Shown here: piece after piece, positions 38,501 through 51,200 of the stretch
Layout: each line of letters opens with the position of its first letter
How positions within the stretch are numbered: position 1 is the stretch's first letter
Origin: Octopus vulgaris
Taxonomy: Eukaryota
NCBI GenBank assembly: GCA_951406725.2
Contig: OX597826.1
Span: 1,054,001 to 1,118,000 of the forward strand
Reading direction: 5' to 3'
Length of the DNA stretch: 64,000 nt
Position numbers and translations under genes: made by a program
Notes under the pieces: generated by a model
Told to the model about the DNA's origin: nothing
Seen by the model: the letters and a program-made list of their open reading frames with translations, nothing else
Database searches by the model: none

Positions 38501-41042
38501 CAGCTGATGCTGGTGTCACGTGGGAGACACCTGTGCCAGTGGCACGTTGGGCCTCAAGGGGGTGATGAGTGACTGATACCTTTGGCAATATGTCATGCTT
38601 GAGAAGACCCGTCAAACCAAGTGAAACTGTAGACGCAGCTGATGCTGGTGTCACGTAGGAGACACCTGTGCCAGTGGCACGTTGGGCCTCAAGAAGGTGA
38701 TAAGTGACTGATACCTTTGGCAATATGTCATGCTTGAGAAGACCCGTCAAACCAAGTGAAGCTGTAGACGCAGCTGATGCTGGTGTCACGTAGGAGACAC
38801 CTGTGCCAGTGGGACGTTGGGCCTCAAGAAGGTGATAAGTGACTGATACCTTTGGCAATATGTCATGCTTGAGAAGACCCGTCAAACCAAGTGAAACTGT
38901 AGACGCAGCTGATGCTGGTGTCACGTGGGAGACACCTGTGCCAGTGGCACGTTGGGCCTCAAGGGGGTGATGAGTGACTGATACCTTTGGCAATATGTCA
39001 TGCTTGAGAAGACCCGTCAAACCAAGTGAAACTGTAGACGCAGCTGATGCTGGTGTCACGTAGGAGACACCTGTGCCAGTGGCACGTTGGGCCTCAAGAA
39101 GGTGATAAGTGACTGATACCTTTGGCAATATGTCATGCTTGAGAAGACCCGTCAAACCAAGTGAAGCTGTAGACGCAGCTGATGCTGGTGTCACGTAGGA
39201 GACACCTGTGCCAGTGGGACGTTGGGCCTCAAGAAGGTGATAAGTGACTGATACCTTTGGCAATATGTCATGCTTGAGAAGACCCGTCAAACCAAGTGAA
39301 ACTGTAGACGCAGCTGATGCTGGTGTCACGTGGGAGACACCTGTGCCAGTGGCACGTTGGGCCTCAAGGAGGTGATGAGTGACTGATACCTTTGGCAATA
39401 TGTCATGCTTGAGAAGACCCGTCAAACCAAGTGAAACTGTAGACGCAGCTGATGCTGGTGTCACGTAGGAGACACCTGTGCCAGTGGCACGTTGGGCCTC
39501 AAGAAGGTGATAAGTGACTGATACCTTTGGCAATATGTCATGCTTGAGAAGACCCGTCAAACCAAGTGAAACTGTAGACGCAGCTGATGCTGGTGTCACG
39601 TGGGAGACACCTGTGCCAGTGGCACGTTGAGCCTCAAGGAGGTGATGAGTGACTGATACCTTTGGCAATATGTCATGCTTGAGAAGACCCGTCAAACCAA
39701 GTGAAACTGTAGACGCAGCTGATGCTGGTGTCACGTAGGAGACACCTGTGCCAGTGGCACGTTGGGCCTCAAGGAGGTGATGAGTGACTGATACCTTTGG
39801 CAATATGTCATGCTTGAGAAGACCCATCAAACCAAGTGGTTGGTAAGCAAGCTATTTACCACACAGCCACTCCTACGCCTATAATGTTCAATATCATTTT
39901 ACAGTTAAATCAAAGTAAAAAAAAAAAAACTTACAGATTTGCTAGATTTCGGCTTTTGTAAAGATTTCTTGGCTTTTACAGCTGCTCCCTGAGCTTGGTG
40001 AATTTTTTCTGAAATGATGAAGAAAAAGAAATGAGAAGCACAAAGCATTTACGAGAGTAAAAATAATTTTCAATGATAGCAGAAAGAAATAAAACATTTA
40101 AAATTTTACATGAAAAAGCACCCATGCTGGTGTTACATATAAAAGCACCTTGTACACTCTGTAAAGTGGTTGGCATTAGGAAAGGCATCCAGCCATAGAA
40201 ACAGACGACTGGAACCTAGTGCAGCCCTCTGGCTTGCCAGCTCCTGTCAAAGAGTCCAACCCATGCCAGCATGGAAAACAAACATTAAATGATTATGATG
40301 ATGGTGGTGATGATGATGGCATTAATAAACTGATGAAAAATTTTTTAATTATTTTTCATTTTTTTAACTTAAGATTCAGCAACTTCTTTGCGCATGGCCC
40401 ACACGTATACCATATCAAACCTTATGGATAAAAATATCTGCATAAATCCTCTGATATTCATCATTGGCAATGTTTGCAACACAAAAGAAAACCTGAAAGC
40501 TGTCATCTGCAGGCTGTTTCATTGACCAGATCATAGAGTGCCAGTTCTATACCAAATTTCACAAATAAAACTTTGCTGGCACCACTGCTTCCTATGCTCA
40601 ATGGCCTTCAAATACATAAAATTTGAAAAAAAAAAAGATCTCAGAAAACAGTTGAGGACCAGATTTTTCCATTTCTTTGTGCTACCTCACTACACCTGTC
40701 TTGATAGCTGGAAAGGCCTTTTCTGTTTGTATTGTATTGTTTTAGTACTGTCTATGTATAATTATTCCTTTTGCTTATTGTACAACCGTAAAGCATTTTC
40801 TATTGTGTATGTACCATTCCTTGCCTGTCGTATCGTCATTATTTCTTATTGTACACGCAATGTTATTTTGTCCTGTCCTTGCACACATTCATCAGCTTTT
40901 TCTGTAGCTCTATGCTCTGGTGCTCCTGTTAGATAACAGTGGTCTTGCTTTAAATAATGGGAAAACACTAATGGGAAAGTCAGCTGCAAATGTTCCTTGT
41001 AGCGTGTTTTTGTCCAGTTTTCCCTTCTCTATCTAACTTTTG

Positions 41043-41089
<47 letters not shown>

Positions 41090-44000
41090 TCATCATCATC
41101 ATCGTCGTTTAACGTCCGTTCTCCATGCTAGCATGGGTTGGACGGTTCGACCGGGTCTGGGAAGCCAGGGGCCGCTCCAGGCTCCAGTCTAATCTGGCAA
41201 TGTTTCTACAGCTGGATGCCCTTCCTAACGCCAATATATATATATATATATATCATCATCATCATCATCATCGTTTAACGTCCGCTTTCCGCGCTAGCAC
41301 GGGTTGGACGGTTCGACCGGGTCTGGGAAGCCAGGGGCCGCTCCAGGCTCCAGTCTGAATCTGGCAGAGTTTCTACGGCTGGATGCCCTTCCTAACGCCA
41401 ACCACTCCGTGAGTGGATTGGGTGCCTTTTACGTGCCACCTGCACAGGGGCCGGAGGGTCCGGCATCGGTCACGATCGGTTTGAGCTTTTAACGTGTCAG
41501 CGGCACGGGGGCAACGAGGTCCGGGGTACTTTGGGGATCGGGGTACTTTGGGGATCCAGGGTACTTTGGGGATCCGGGGTACTTAGAATGGGTAGGGGGT
41601 ATGTGGAATTGCTGCAGAAAGCAGCCCGGGTCTTTGTAGTCACAGCATATCTCCAGAGATCTCGGTCCTTCGCCATTGCCTCAGTGAGGCCCAATGCTCT
41701 GAGGTCATGCTTGACTACCTCATCCCATGTCTTCCTGGGTCTACCTCTCCCCCTGATACCTTCAACTGTTTGGGAGTGGCACTTCTTCACACATCTCTCT
41801 TCATCCATCCGCAGCACATGACCATACCATCGCAAGCGTCGCTCTTGCACACCACATCTGATGCTTCTTATATCCAGCATTTCTCTCAGGATGCTTACAC
41901 TCTGTCTTGCGTGCACACTGACACTACACATCCAGCGGATCATGCTAGCTTCATTTCTTTCAAGTCTACGCATGTCTTCTGCAGTCACAGCCCATGTTTC
42001 ATTACCGTGAAGCATGGCAGTTCGCACACATGCATCATACAATCTACCTTTTGCTCTGAGGGAGAGACCTTTTGTTGCCAGTAGGGGTAGGAGCTTTCTG
42101 AACTTTGCCCAGGCTATTCGTATTCTAGTGGTGATACTCTCTGTGCATCCACCTCCGCTACTAACTTGGTCACCCAGGTAGCGGAAACTATCAACTACTT
42201 CTAGTTTCTCTCCCTGGAGTGTGATGGAATCTGTTTTCTGAGTGTCTGTTGTGTCTATTGTCCCTGTGCATCTGCCGCACATGAAAGCTATCTTATCTGT
42301 TAATTTCCCTTTAATGTTGCTGCACCTCTTATGTGTCCATAACTTACATTGGGTGCATCTTATGGAGTTTCTACCTGTACCTTTCCTACAGGTTGAGCAG
42401 GGCCACCTACCCGAGGGGGTGTGTGCTGAGTACCTCTTGCTGCTTACTAATACTTTGGTCTTTGCTACATTTATTCTAAGGCCCTTTGATTCCAACCCTT
42501 GCTTCCACACCCGAAATTTCTCTTCTAGTTCCGGTAGTGATTCTGCTATGAGAGCTAGGTCATCGGCATAGAGGAGCTCCCAGGGGCATCCCGTTTTGAA
42601 TTCCTCTGTTATTGCCTGAAGGACTATGATGAATAAAAGGGGACTGAGGGCTGAGCCCTGGTGCACACCTACTTCTACCTGGAATTCTTCACTATATTCG
42701 TTGCCAATCCTAACCTTGCTGACAGCCTCTCTGTATAGAGCCTGTACAGCCCTTATTAGCCATTCTTCAATCTCCAGTTTCCGCATCGACCACCAGATAA
42801 GGGAACGGGGAACCCTGTCAAAGGCTTTCTCCAAGTCTACAAAAGCTATGTAGAGGGGTTTATCTTTAGCTAGGTACTTCTCCTGCAGTTGTCAGACCAG
42901 GAATATAGCATCAGTGGTGCTTCTACCTGGTACAAAACCGAACTGCATTTCATCTAAACAAATTCTCTCCCTAATGAGATTGGTTATGACCTTCTCTGAG
43001 ACCTTCATCACCTGGTCCAACAGTTTGATACCTCTGTAGTTATTTCTATCTAGAGCATCACCCTTACCCTTGTAGCAGTTGACTATGGTGCTGCTGCACC
43101 AGTCATTGGGTATGACTCCATTGTGAACTACCTGGTTTACAATGCGGGTGACTATGGCATAGCCCACATAGCCAGCTGTTTTAAGCATCTCAGCAGTGAT
43201 TCCTGATAGGCCAGGGGCTTTGCCTGGTTTCATATCCTTAATTGCCTTATCTACAAGGGAGCTGTCTATTCGGGTAGCTGGTCCCTCTACTGGGTCAACA
43301 TTTGGCAGGCTCTCCTCCCATTCATTCTCCTCATTCAGCAGTCTTTCATAATGGCTTCTCCAAGCCTCTTTCTTTTCACTAGTAGTAAAAGCAAGTGCCC
43401 CATCATCCATGCGGACACATTTCTCTCCTATAACATCGCTATTTTCTCTGACACACTGTCTGGCAATCCGAAATACTTCAGCTCTTTGATCCTCGCGACG
43501 CTGGACATTGGCAAACTTCTTCTTTTCTGCTACATCTTTGGCAATGTATACCTGCCGCCCAGCCTCCCTTTTGGCTATCTGGTACAGTTCCCTGCTGCCC
43601 CCATCCTTCCAGGCTTTCCAGGCCCGTCTCTTTTCACAGATGGCTTTATCTACTGCACTATTCCACCACCACGTAATTCTAGGTCTGGAAGGGACTTTGC
43701 ACCATCCACAGACTTTGTCTGTGGCACTCAGCAAGCTGTCCCGTAGGAATTCCCAGCTACCTTCTATGTCTGACGTCTGAAGCTCCTCCTCCCTCTCATC
43801 AAATTTCTTGATGAGTATGTCCCTAAATTTCTGACCATGCGAAGGGTTCTTTAGCCTCCAAATCCTTCTTTTCTGGATTGGTTTGTTTCTTGGAGTCCTT
43901 CTGGCCTCAAGCTTAAAGTCACTCATGATTAGTCTATGCTGAGGGATACATTCTTCACCCGGGAGGGTCTTTGTATTCAAGAGCAACCCTGCATCCCGTT

Positions 44001-45229
44001 GTCTGGTGAGGATGAAGTCTATTTGGCTAGCGGAGTCTCCTGACTGATAAGTTATAAGGTGGCAGACTGGCTTCTTGAAGTTAGTGTTGCAGATTGAAAG
44101 GTTACATGCATCACAGAATTCCAGCAGTCTAGTTCCCTCATCATTTCTGGTGCCAATACCATAGCCACCATGTACCCCAGTGAAGATACCCGATTCCCGC
44201 CCAACATGCCCATTAAAATCTCCACCTACAAAGATGAGGTCCTTGTTACTAGTCTTTGAAGTAGCCTGCAGAAGGGTATCATAAAAGTTGTCCTTCTGAT
44301 CATTTGGTAGTCCCGCTTGTGGGGCATAGGCTGAGATAATCATAGCTGTGCCACTCTGTAGGACCAACCTGAGCTTAAGCACTCTATCACAAACCCTGAC
44401 AACCTCTATGACCTTATCCACCCATTCCTCCGCAAGGAGAATGCCTACACCCCCTACACCTTCCGCGTTACCTAGCCAGTAGAGTTTGTACCTAAGTGCC
44501 TTGTCCGTGAGGACCCTAGCCGAAGCATCTCTCCATCTTACTTCTTGTATGCAGCATACATCAACCTGTCTTCTCTCTAGCATCTCTACAATCTCACTCT
44601 ACTTGCCTTTAAATTTACCAAAATTTTTTGTGCAAACTCTGAAAACTGGGATGGATTTGTGGGGGGCACGGGGGGGATTCGTCGCCTGAGAAGAGGAGGG
44701 TTGTTGTGGTGGTGATAGTTTTCGTGGTATTTTTCTTTTGATCTCTCTTCCAACCTGACCACGCCGTGGGCAGGAGCTGGTGTTAGCAGTGGACATTCGT
44801 TATATATATATATATACATCATCATCACCCAATGTCCGTTTTCCATGCTGGCATGGGCTGGATGGTTTCACTGAGGTCTGGAGAGCCAACAGCTGCACCA
44901 GGCTCCAATCTGATCTGGCAAGGTTTCTACAGCTGGATGCCCTTCCCAACGCCAACCACACCAAGAGTGTAGTGGATACTTTTTATGTGCCACTGGCAGG
45001 GGAGCCAGTCAGGTGGGCCTGGCATCGATCATGTTCGGATGGTGCTTTTTACGTACCAACAGCAGGGGAGCCAGTCAAGCAGACCTGATATCAACCACAT
45101 TTGAATGGTGCTTTTTACATGTCACTGGCACAGGAGCCAGTCTGGGGGTACTGGCATCGACCATATTCAGTTGGTGCTTTTTACAGGAACCAGTCAGGCA
45201 GACCTGGTATCAACCATGTTCGGATGGTA

Positions 45230-45281
<52 letters not shown>

Positions 45282-48200
45282 CATACATATATATATATAT
45301 AAATATATATACATACATACACACACACACATATATATACAAACATACATATACATAAACACACACACACACACACGACTTACATGGCTAATATAGCTAC
45401 AGTAACCTCTTTTGTGATATAAAAGTGCTTGAACATCTATCCTATAATTTGCTTTACTTTTTCCACATTAGGTAATATTTCCCCATAGCCGAACATGGTT
45501 TTGCAGAATATTGGAAATGAATGATAAGGCTTGTATAAATAGACATTCATCTACAACTATCATATGATGCCAATACAAAGAGAACACAAACAGGCTTCTT
45601 TCAGTTTCCATCAACCAGATCCACTCACTATGCCCAGTGCCATAGTAGAAGATGCTTGCTCAAGGGGCCACACAGTGGAGCTGTACTTGAAACCATGTGG
45701 TTTGCAAGCAATCTTCTTAACCATACTCTCTCACCTGTGCTTATAAATCTATCTATTGTCGGTGGGTGGACCCGATAAACAAAACCAAAATGATATTTAT
45801 AATGAAATAAATCCCCCAAAAAAATTTTAAATAAAAAATACAATAATAAAAAACCCCCAGCAATTACCAAATTCTTGTTCGGTTCGACTTCGATGTAAAT
45901 AGATCCATAATTTCCTGTTCACGTCGTACTTTACACACGGGTCTTTCTCATAATGTAATCGATCCAAAGCACCACTAACCACTGTGTTTATCTGTAAACA
46001 AAACTAAATATGTCAACTTCCGGACCAGAAAAAGAACAATTTACAACAAATTCTCAACCAATAAATCAGTCAAACAATTTTGTTTTATAATTATATTTCA
46101 GAAATGATAATTTTGTTTTACTTGCCAAATAAACACACGCACTATATATTCGTTCTTCACTGCATGTGTGTGTGAGCTTGCCCACAACACTGTTTGTATT
46201 CATGCCCCTTATATAGTTGTTACCATTATTGTTGTTGTTCTTAGTGGTACCAATACTTGGTATGTTGATTATCACTTTGCCTACATTTTCTCTTTTGCTG
46301 TTGGCTTTTCCCCTACAAAATGGTGAATTATTATCCTAATTCTTTCTACTATAAGTACAAGGGCTGAAATTTTGGCTGGCGGGAACTAGATGATTATATT
46401 CACCTCAGTGCTCAACCAGTACTTATTTGAACAACTCTGAAAGGATGAAAACCAAAGTCAACCTCGCCTGCATTTGAACTCAGAAGGTAAAGCCAGAAAA
46501 ATACTACTAAGCTAACGATTCTGCCAGCTTGCTACCTTAAATAGTAGTAGTAGTAGTATGTTTTGTCTTGGTATAAAAGATGGGCTACGGCAAATATTCT
46601 GCTCAATACCACAGATTTGCTTGTCAGTTGTTTGACCGTAACCAGTTGAGCATGTCCCTTAGTGACTGACGATATGTGCATCTCTGATCACGAGCAGAAG
46701 TAGTGGGGGAGCATCATAGCCATGTGTTGAGAGGGATTCTTTGGGGTTTGAATAATTCACCTCTGGAAACATCCTTAAACAACCCTTATTCAAGGAACAT
46801 CTGAGTGGGATGGGCTACTCGACCTGAGCAAAATTCTAATTGGGCCCCACCTGTAAGGCCATGCACTGTTTATCTTGATATGAAATCATCATGTTACACA
46901 CATTTGGTTGTGTACCCTTATTAGACAGGTAGTCACGATGGGTACACTGGGCTTTGTAGTATTTTACCCCCGTGTCACTTTGATGTTATGCACTGCTCTC
47001 TCACTCAATAATAATAATTCTTTCTACTATAGGCACAAATTTGAGGGGACAGGGACTTGTCAGTTATATTCATCTCAGGGCTCAACTTTTACTTGTTTTA
47101 TTGATCCTGAAAGTATGAAACACAAAGTCAGCCTCAACAGAATTCGATCTTGGAATGCAAAGATGAATTAAATGCTACTAAGCATAGTGCAAATCTCCGC
47201 CAAGGCAACACCAACGTCCTCTCAACGATTGGCCAGAGGTGATTTTTAAAATGAGAATATCTTAAATAAACTTGACTGTTCTCACTAATGGGAATACTAA
47301 AAATAAACCCAACAGCTCTCAAAAATTAAGTAAAAAATCAGGAAAAATAATCCAGAATCCTTGTCAGGTACTGGATCAATCCCAAAATCTAATCAATCCA
47401 TGCCAGTCACGAGGCCTAACATCCCTGAAAGTTCCATCTGAATCCATCTCGTGGTTCTTGAGATATCTTGTCTACGGACAAACAAACAAACAAACATGAC
47501 AGAAAACAACACCTCTGCCTTCGCTAAGGCAAAGGTAATAATAATAAATTTTTCTATAAGGTCTGAAATTTTGAGTGAGGGGCACAGTTGATTGCATCAA
47601 CCCCAGTATTTAACTGGTACTTTATTTTATTGACCCAGGAAGGAATAAGAGGTAAAGTCGACCTCAGCAGGATTTGAACTGAAAATGTAAAGATCTAGAA
47701 GACATACTATAAATCATTTGTTCCCAAGACTCTAACGATTCTGCTAGCTTTGCTGTATTTAGATGTGCTTACCTGTGCATCTGTAATGCCTGGCGCTAAG
47801 AACTGCGAATCCTTCAGCAACTCACAAATGTCCCCACGAGTTCCTTCACCGTTAGGTAAACGAGCAGCAGCATCTCGTACTATCAAAAAACAACAACATT
47901 ACATTAATTATTATCATTTTCTTTCCAACAACGAGACATCCAATCAAAACAGCCACAAATCATATCAATGATATATTTTCTTTTTTTATTTCTAGTAACA
48001 ATGCACAGAATAAGGACAAATCATGGAACAATTTATCATTTTCGCTCAGATTAACCCTTTCATTACCAACCCAGCTGAAACCGGATCTGGCTCTGAGTAC
48101 AAATGTCCTTTTTTCATAAGTTTTGAATTAAAATCTTCCACCAAACCTTAGTCACAATTTAAGTTCCTAACACTAGCTTAATGATAACGAAGTTATTTTA

Positions 48201-51200
48201 CTAAATTCTTTGTTATATTTAAAATTAATTGAAAGAAACACAGAGCAGCTCAAAATAAATACAGTGGCAAAAGGGTTAATCTTTCAAATATACAAGTAAA
48301 TAGCAAATAGGTTATAATGTAGGAAAAGATGAATATAATCATGGAAACGAAGCCAAATCAGACTGGAACCTAGTGCAGCTCCCTGGTTTGCCAGCTCTGT
48401 TCAAACCATCCAACCCATTCCAGCATGGAAAACAGATGTTAAATGATGATGGTGATGGTGATGATGATGATGATGATGACAATGATATAGATATATATAT
48501 ATATATATGATGGACTTCCACAGTTTTCATCTAACAAATCCACTCACAAGGTTTGGTCAGCTTGGGGTTATAGTAGAAGACACTTGTCCGAGGGGCTGTG
48601 CAATGGGACTGAACCCAAAATCACACGGTTGGGAAGCAAGCTTCTTAACCACACAGCTGCAGCCGTACCTATAGTGAAGCTATCATCATCATCATCATCA
48701 CAATCATTTAATATCCGTTTTTCTATGCTGGCATGGGTTGGATGGTTTGAGAGGAAGTGGCAAACCAGAGAATTGCACCAGGTTCTATTTTCCACTTTGG
48801 TATGGTTTCTACGGCTGAATACCCTTCCTGATGCCAACATTGTGCACTGGGAACATTTTATGTGGTACCAACACCAGCTGGGTTGCCAAGTAACTTGCAA
48901 GACAAAGACCTCTCAGCTGGGAGAGAGAGAGAGTGGAACCATGGGAAGTAGCTTTTGAAACAAGCTATGTATTTGTTGAGATGAGAGTTCTATCCTAGGT
49001 AGTGTGACACTTGTGGAGTTTAAAACCTGCTAACAGAGAGTGACAGCAATCTACTTACCTAGCGTTAGAATAGTGACATAAGACGGCCGATCTGACACCA
49101 GGAGAGCATGTTCCCGTGCTTTATTCATTGTGTTATCTTTACTGTACACTCCTTTCACCGGGCCAACCACCGAATCATAGCCATGCATGTGATATGTGAA
49201 GCCAAGGTGGGGACATTCAAATCGTTTTCTTTCCTGGAAGTATGAACAAAAAGACAAAAAATTAACAATAGACAAGACAAAAAAATTGTATAGAATAGTA
49301 TGTGCAATAGAGGGGGGGGGTAAGCACTCAGCAAGTTAAAAATCTTTGATGCAGGTTCAACTCCTGGTTGAATCATTTCACTCCACTTACTAGATGAACC
49401 TGCAATTTGTCACCAACAAGGAGAAAAAAGTGGGGAGGAAGAGAGAAAGATACACAAAAACAGAAAGAGGGATAGATAAAGACAGAAATTCTCCTCATTT
49501 AACGTCCACTTTCCATGCTGGCATGGGTTGGACAGTTTGACAGACACAGACAAGTCAGAAGACTACACCAAGCTCTGCTGTTTGCTTTGGCACTGTTTCC
49601 ACAGCTGGATGCCCTTTCTAATGCCAACCACTTTACAGAATGTACTGAGAGCTAAAGAACTTGGATTTATATTTTTTATCACATTATAAACTAAGCAAAT
49701 ACCAGAGAAGTGCTCAGTGGTAAATAGTCATAAAGTATACTGAATATGTTGGATTGTGAAATCATTTATGCTACAACAACACATCAGTTAACTAACTTGG
49801 GTACCTGGCTCTTTTCTGGACATGATAATTGTAATGAATTAAGATCAAAGACCGGATGTAAAATTAGACTTTTTTATGACTGTCATACTTGCTGCCCTTC
49901 AACCCTATCCTATGAACACCAACCATGCTCTCCAGCTCTCCAGCTCCTCAACTTCTTTCCTCCCTCTCTTCAGGATTCTGCAAATGTAATATCTATGTAT
50001 GCTGTCTTCATACTCAAATCTCTTTTTACAATCACCATATTATACTTAACCCTTTAGCATTTAACCGGCCATATCCAGCCAAAATATTCCGCCTCTTTTA
50101 TGTTCAAACTGGCCTGATCCAACATCTCACACCTACTTGACAATGTTACAGCAAAAATAAACTATCGCATCAGTGAATTCTTGAAGCCACAAGATAATGG
50201 CTGATTAATCCAAGACAATGTGAATAAATAAGCATTATATTTGACAGAAAAATCTGAATGCCAAAGAGTTACACATGGTACTTCCACATTTCTCTGTCCC
50301 CCTGAACTCTTCCTTACAGTAAATTACCTTGAACTTGGCATTCCCAACTTTAGTTCTTCCTTCATCATCATTTCAACACCCACTTTTCCATGTTTCCATG
50401 GGTCAGACACAGTTTACTGAAATGGGTTTTCTACAGCCAGATTCCTTTCCTGTCACCAAACCTCACCTATTTCCAAGCAAGGTGATAGTGCTCTGTAGCC
50501 AGATATGTTCTCACAGAAGATTGGAAATGAATGACACTGCTTGTATGACAATAATATTCATCACGCAATGTTAAGACAAGGAGACACACACACAGAATGG
50601 GCTGCTTTGAGTTTCCTTCTACTAAATCCACTTATAAGGCTTTGGTCAGCCTGGGGCTATAGTAGAAGACATTTGCTCAAGGTACCACACAGTGGGACAG
50701 AACCTGAAACCATAACGTTGGGAAGCAAACTTCTTACCACACAACCTGCATCAACGCTGCTGGCAGTTTCTTAATTGTCAAGATTCATAACCACCTCACC
50801 CCAGACCTTTTTAAAATCCCTGTTCCCCAAATCTTCAATATTTTTTAAACTGGAAATCAGAAGCCATCTCACTTAACAATGTTAAATGTTAGATACCTTT
50901 TGACTAACATACACATGAACGTAGCACTTGCACACTTCTTTGCCCCTCTGAAGTCTTCCTTACTGTAAATTACTTCTCATTCTCTAGTGGGTGCTACCAA
51001 CAGTTGAGTGGAATATTAACAGGCACTAAGACGGTCCTTACTTTTGCCAAAGTGCTTGTTGGGCCACATTTAAGTTAAAATTTTCACCTAGTTTACTGGG
51101 CCAACCAAGTACCTTGATAACTGTATTGGTAGCATGTCACTCACCAGAGATCAATTCATACTTTCCCTATCCTATATCAGTCATTACCATCCTACACTAG

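Larger units (their letters stand above)
41253..44800 (-). mobile_element. Near full-length RTE-clade non-LTR retrotransposon
   Basis: Single long frame with APE (CCIQEVRW, SAYAPQ, GGDFNGHVG, SQIDFIL, QHRLI) and RT (NYRGIKLL, QFGFVPGRSTTDAIF, FVDLEKAFD, GVHQGSALSPLLF, LLYADDL, FRYLG); 3' UTR and (GAT)n tail; flanked by (TA)n on both sides. Confidence 0.95.

Noticed and set aside
37296-39830. 844-aa repeat-protein ORF
   Set aside because: Antisense reading of a LINE-derived 135-bp (45-codon) array that happens to lack stops. Read-through from NFRKB exon L hits a stop within about 14 codons, and no evidence of exonisation is visible.
37553-39838. CRISPR-like array
   Set aside because: Units are contiguous and near-identical with no unique spacers; no cas genes; eukaryotic intron.
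46860-47010. HDV-like or twister ribozyme at the 5' end of the SINE-like repeat
   Set aside because: Some local pairing, but I could not assign the required nested pseudoknot by eye; needs a covariance-model search.
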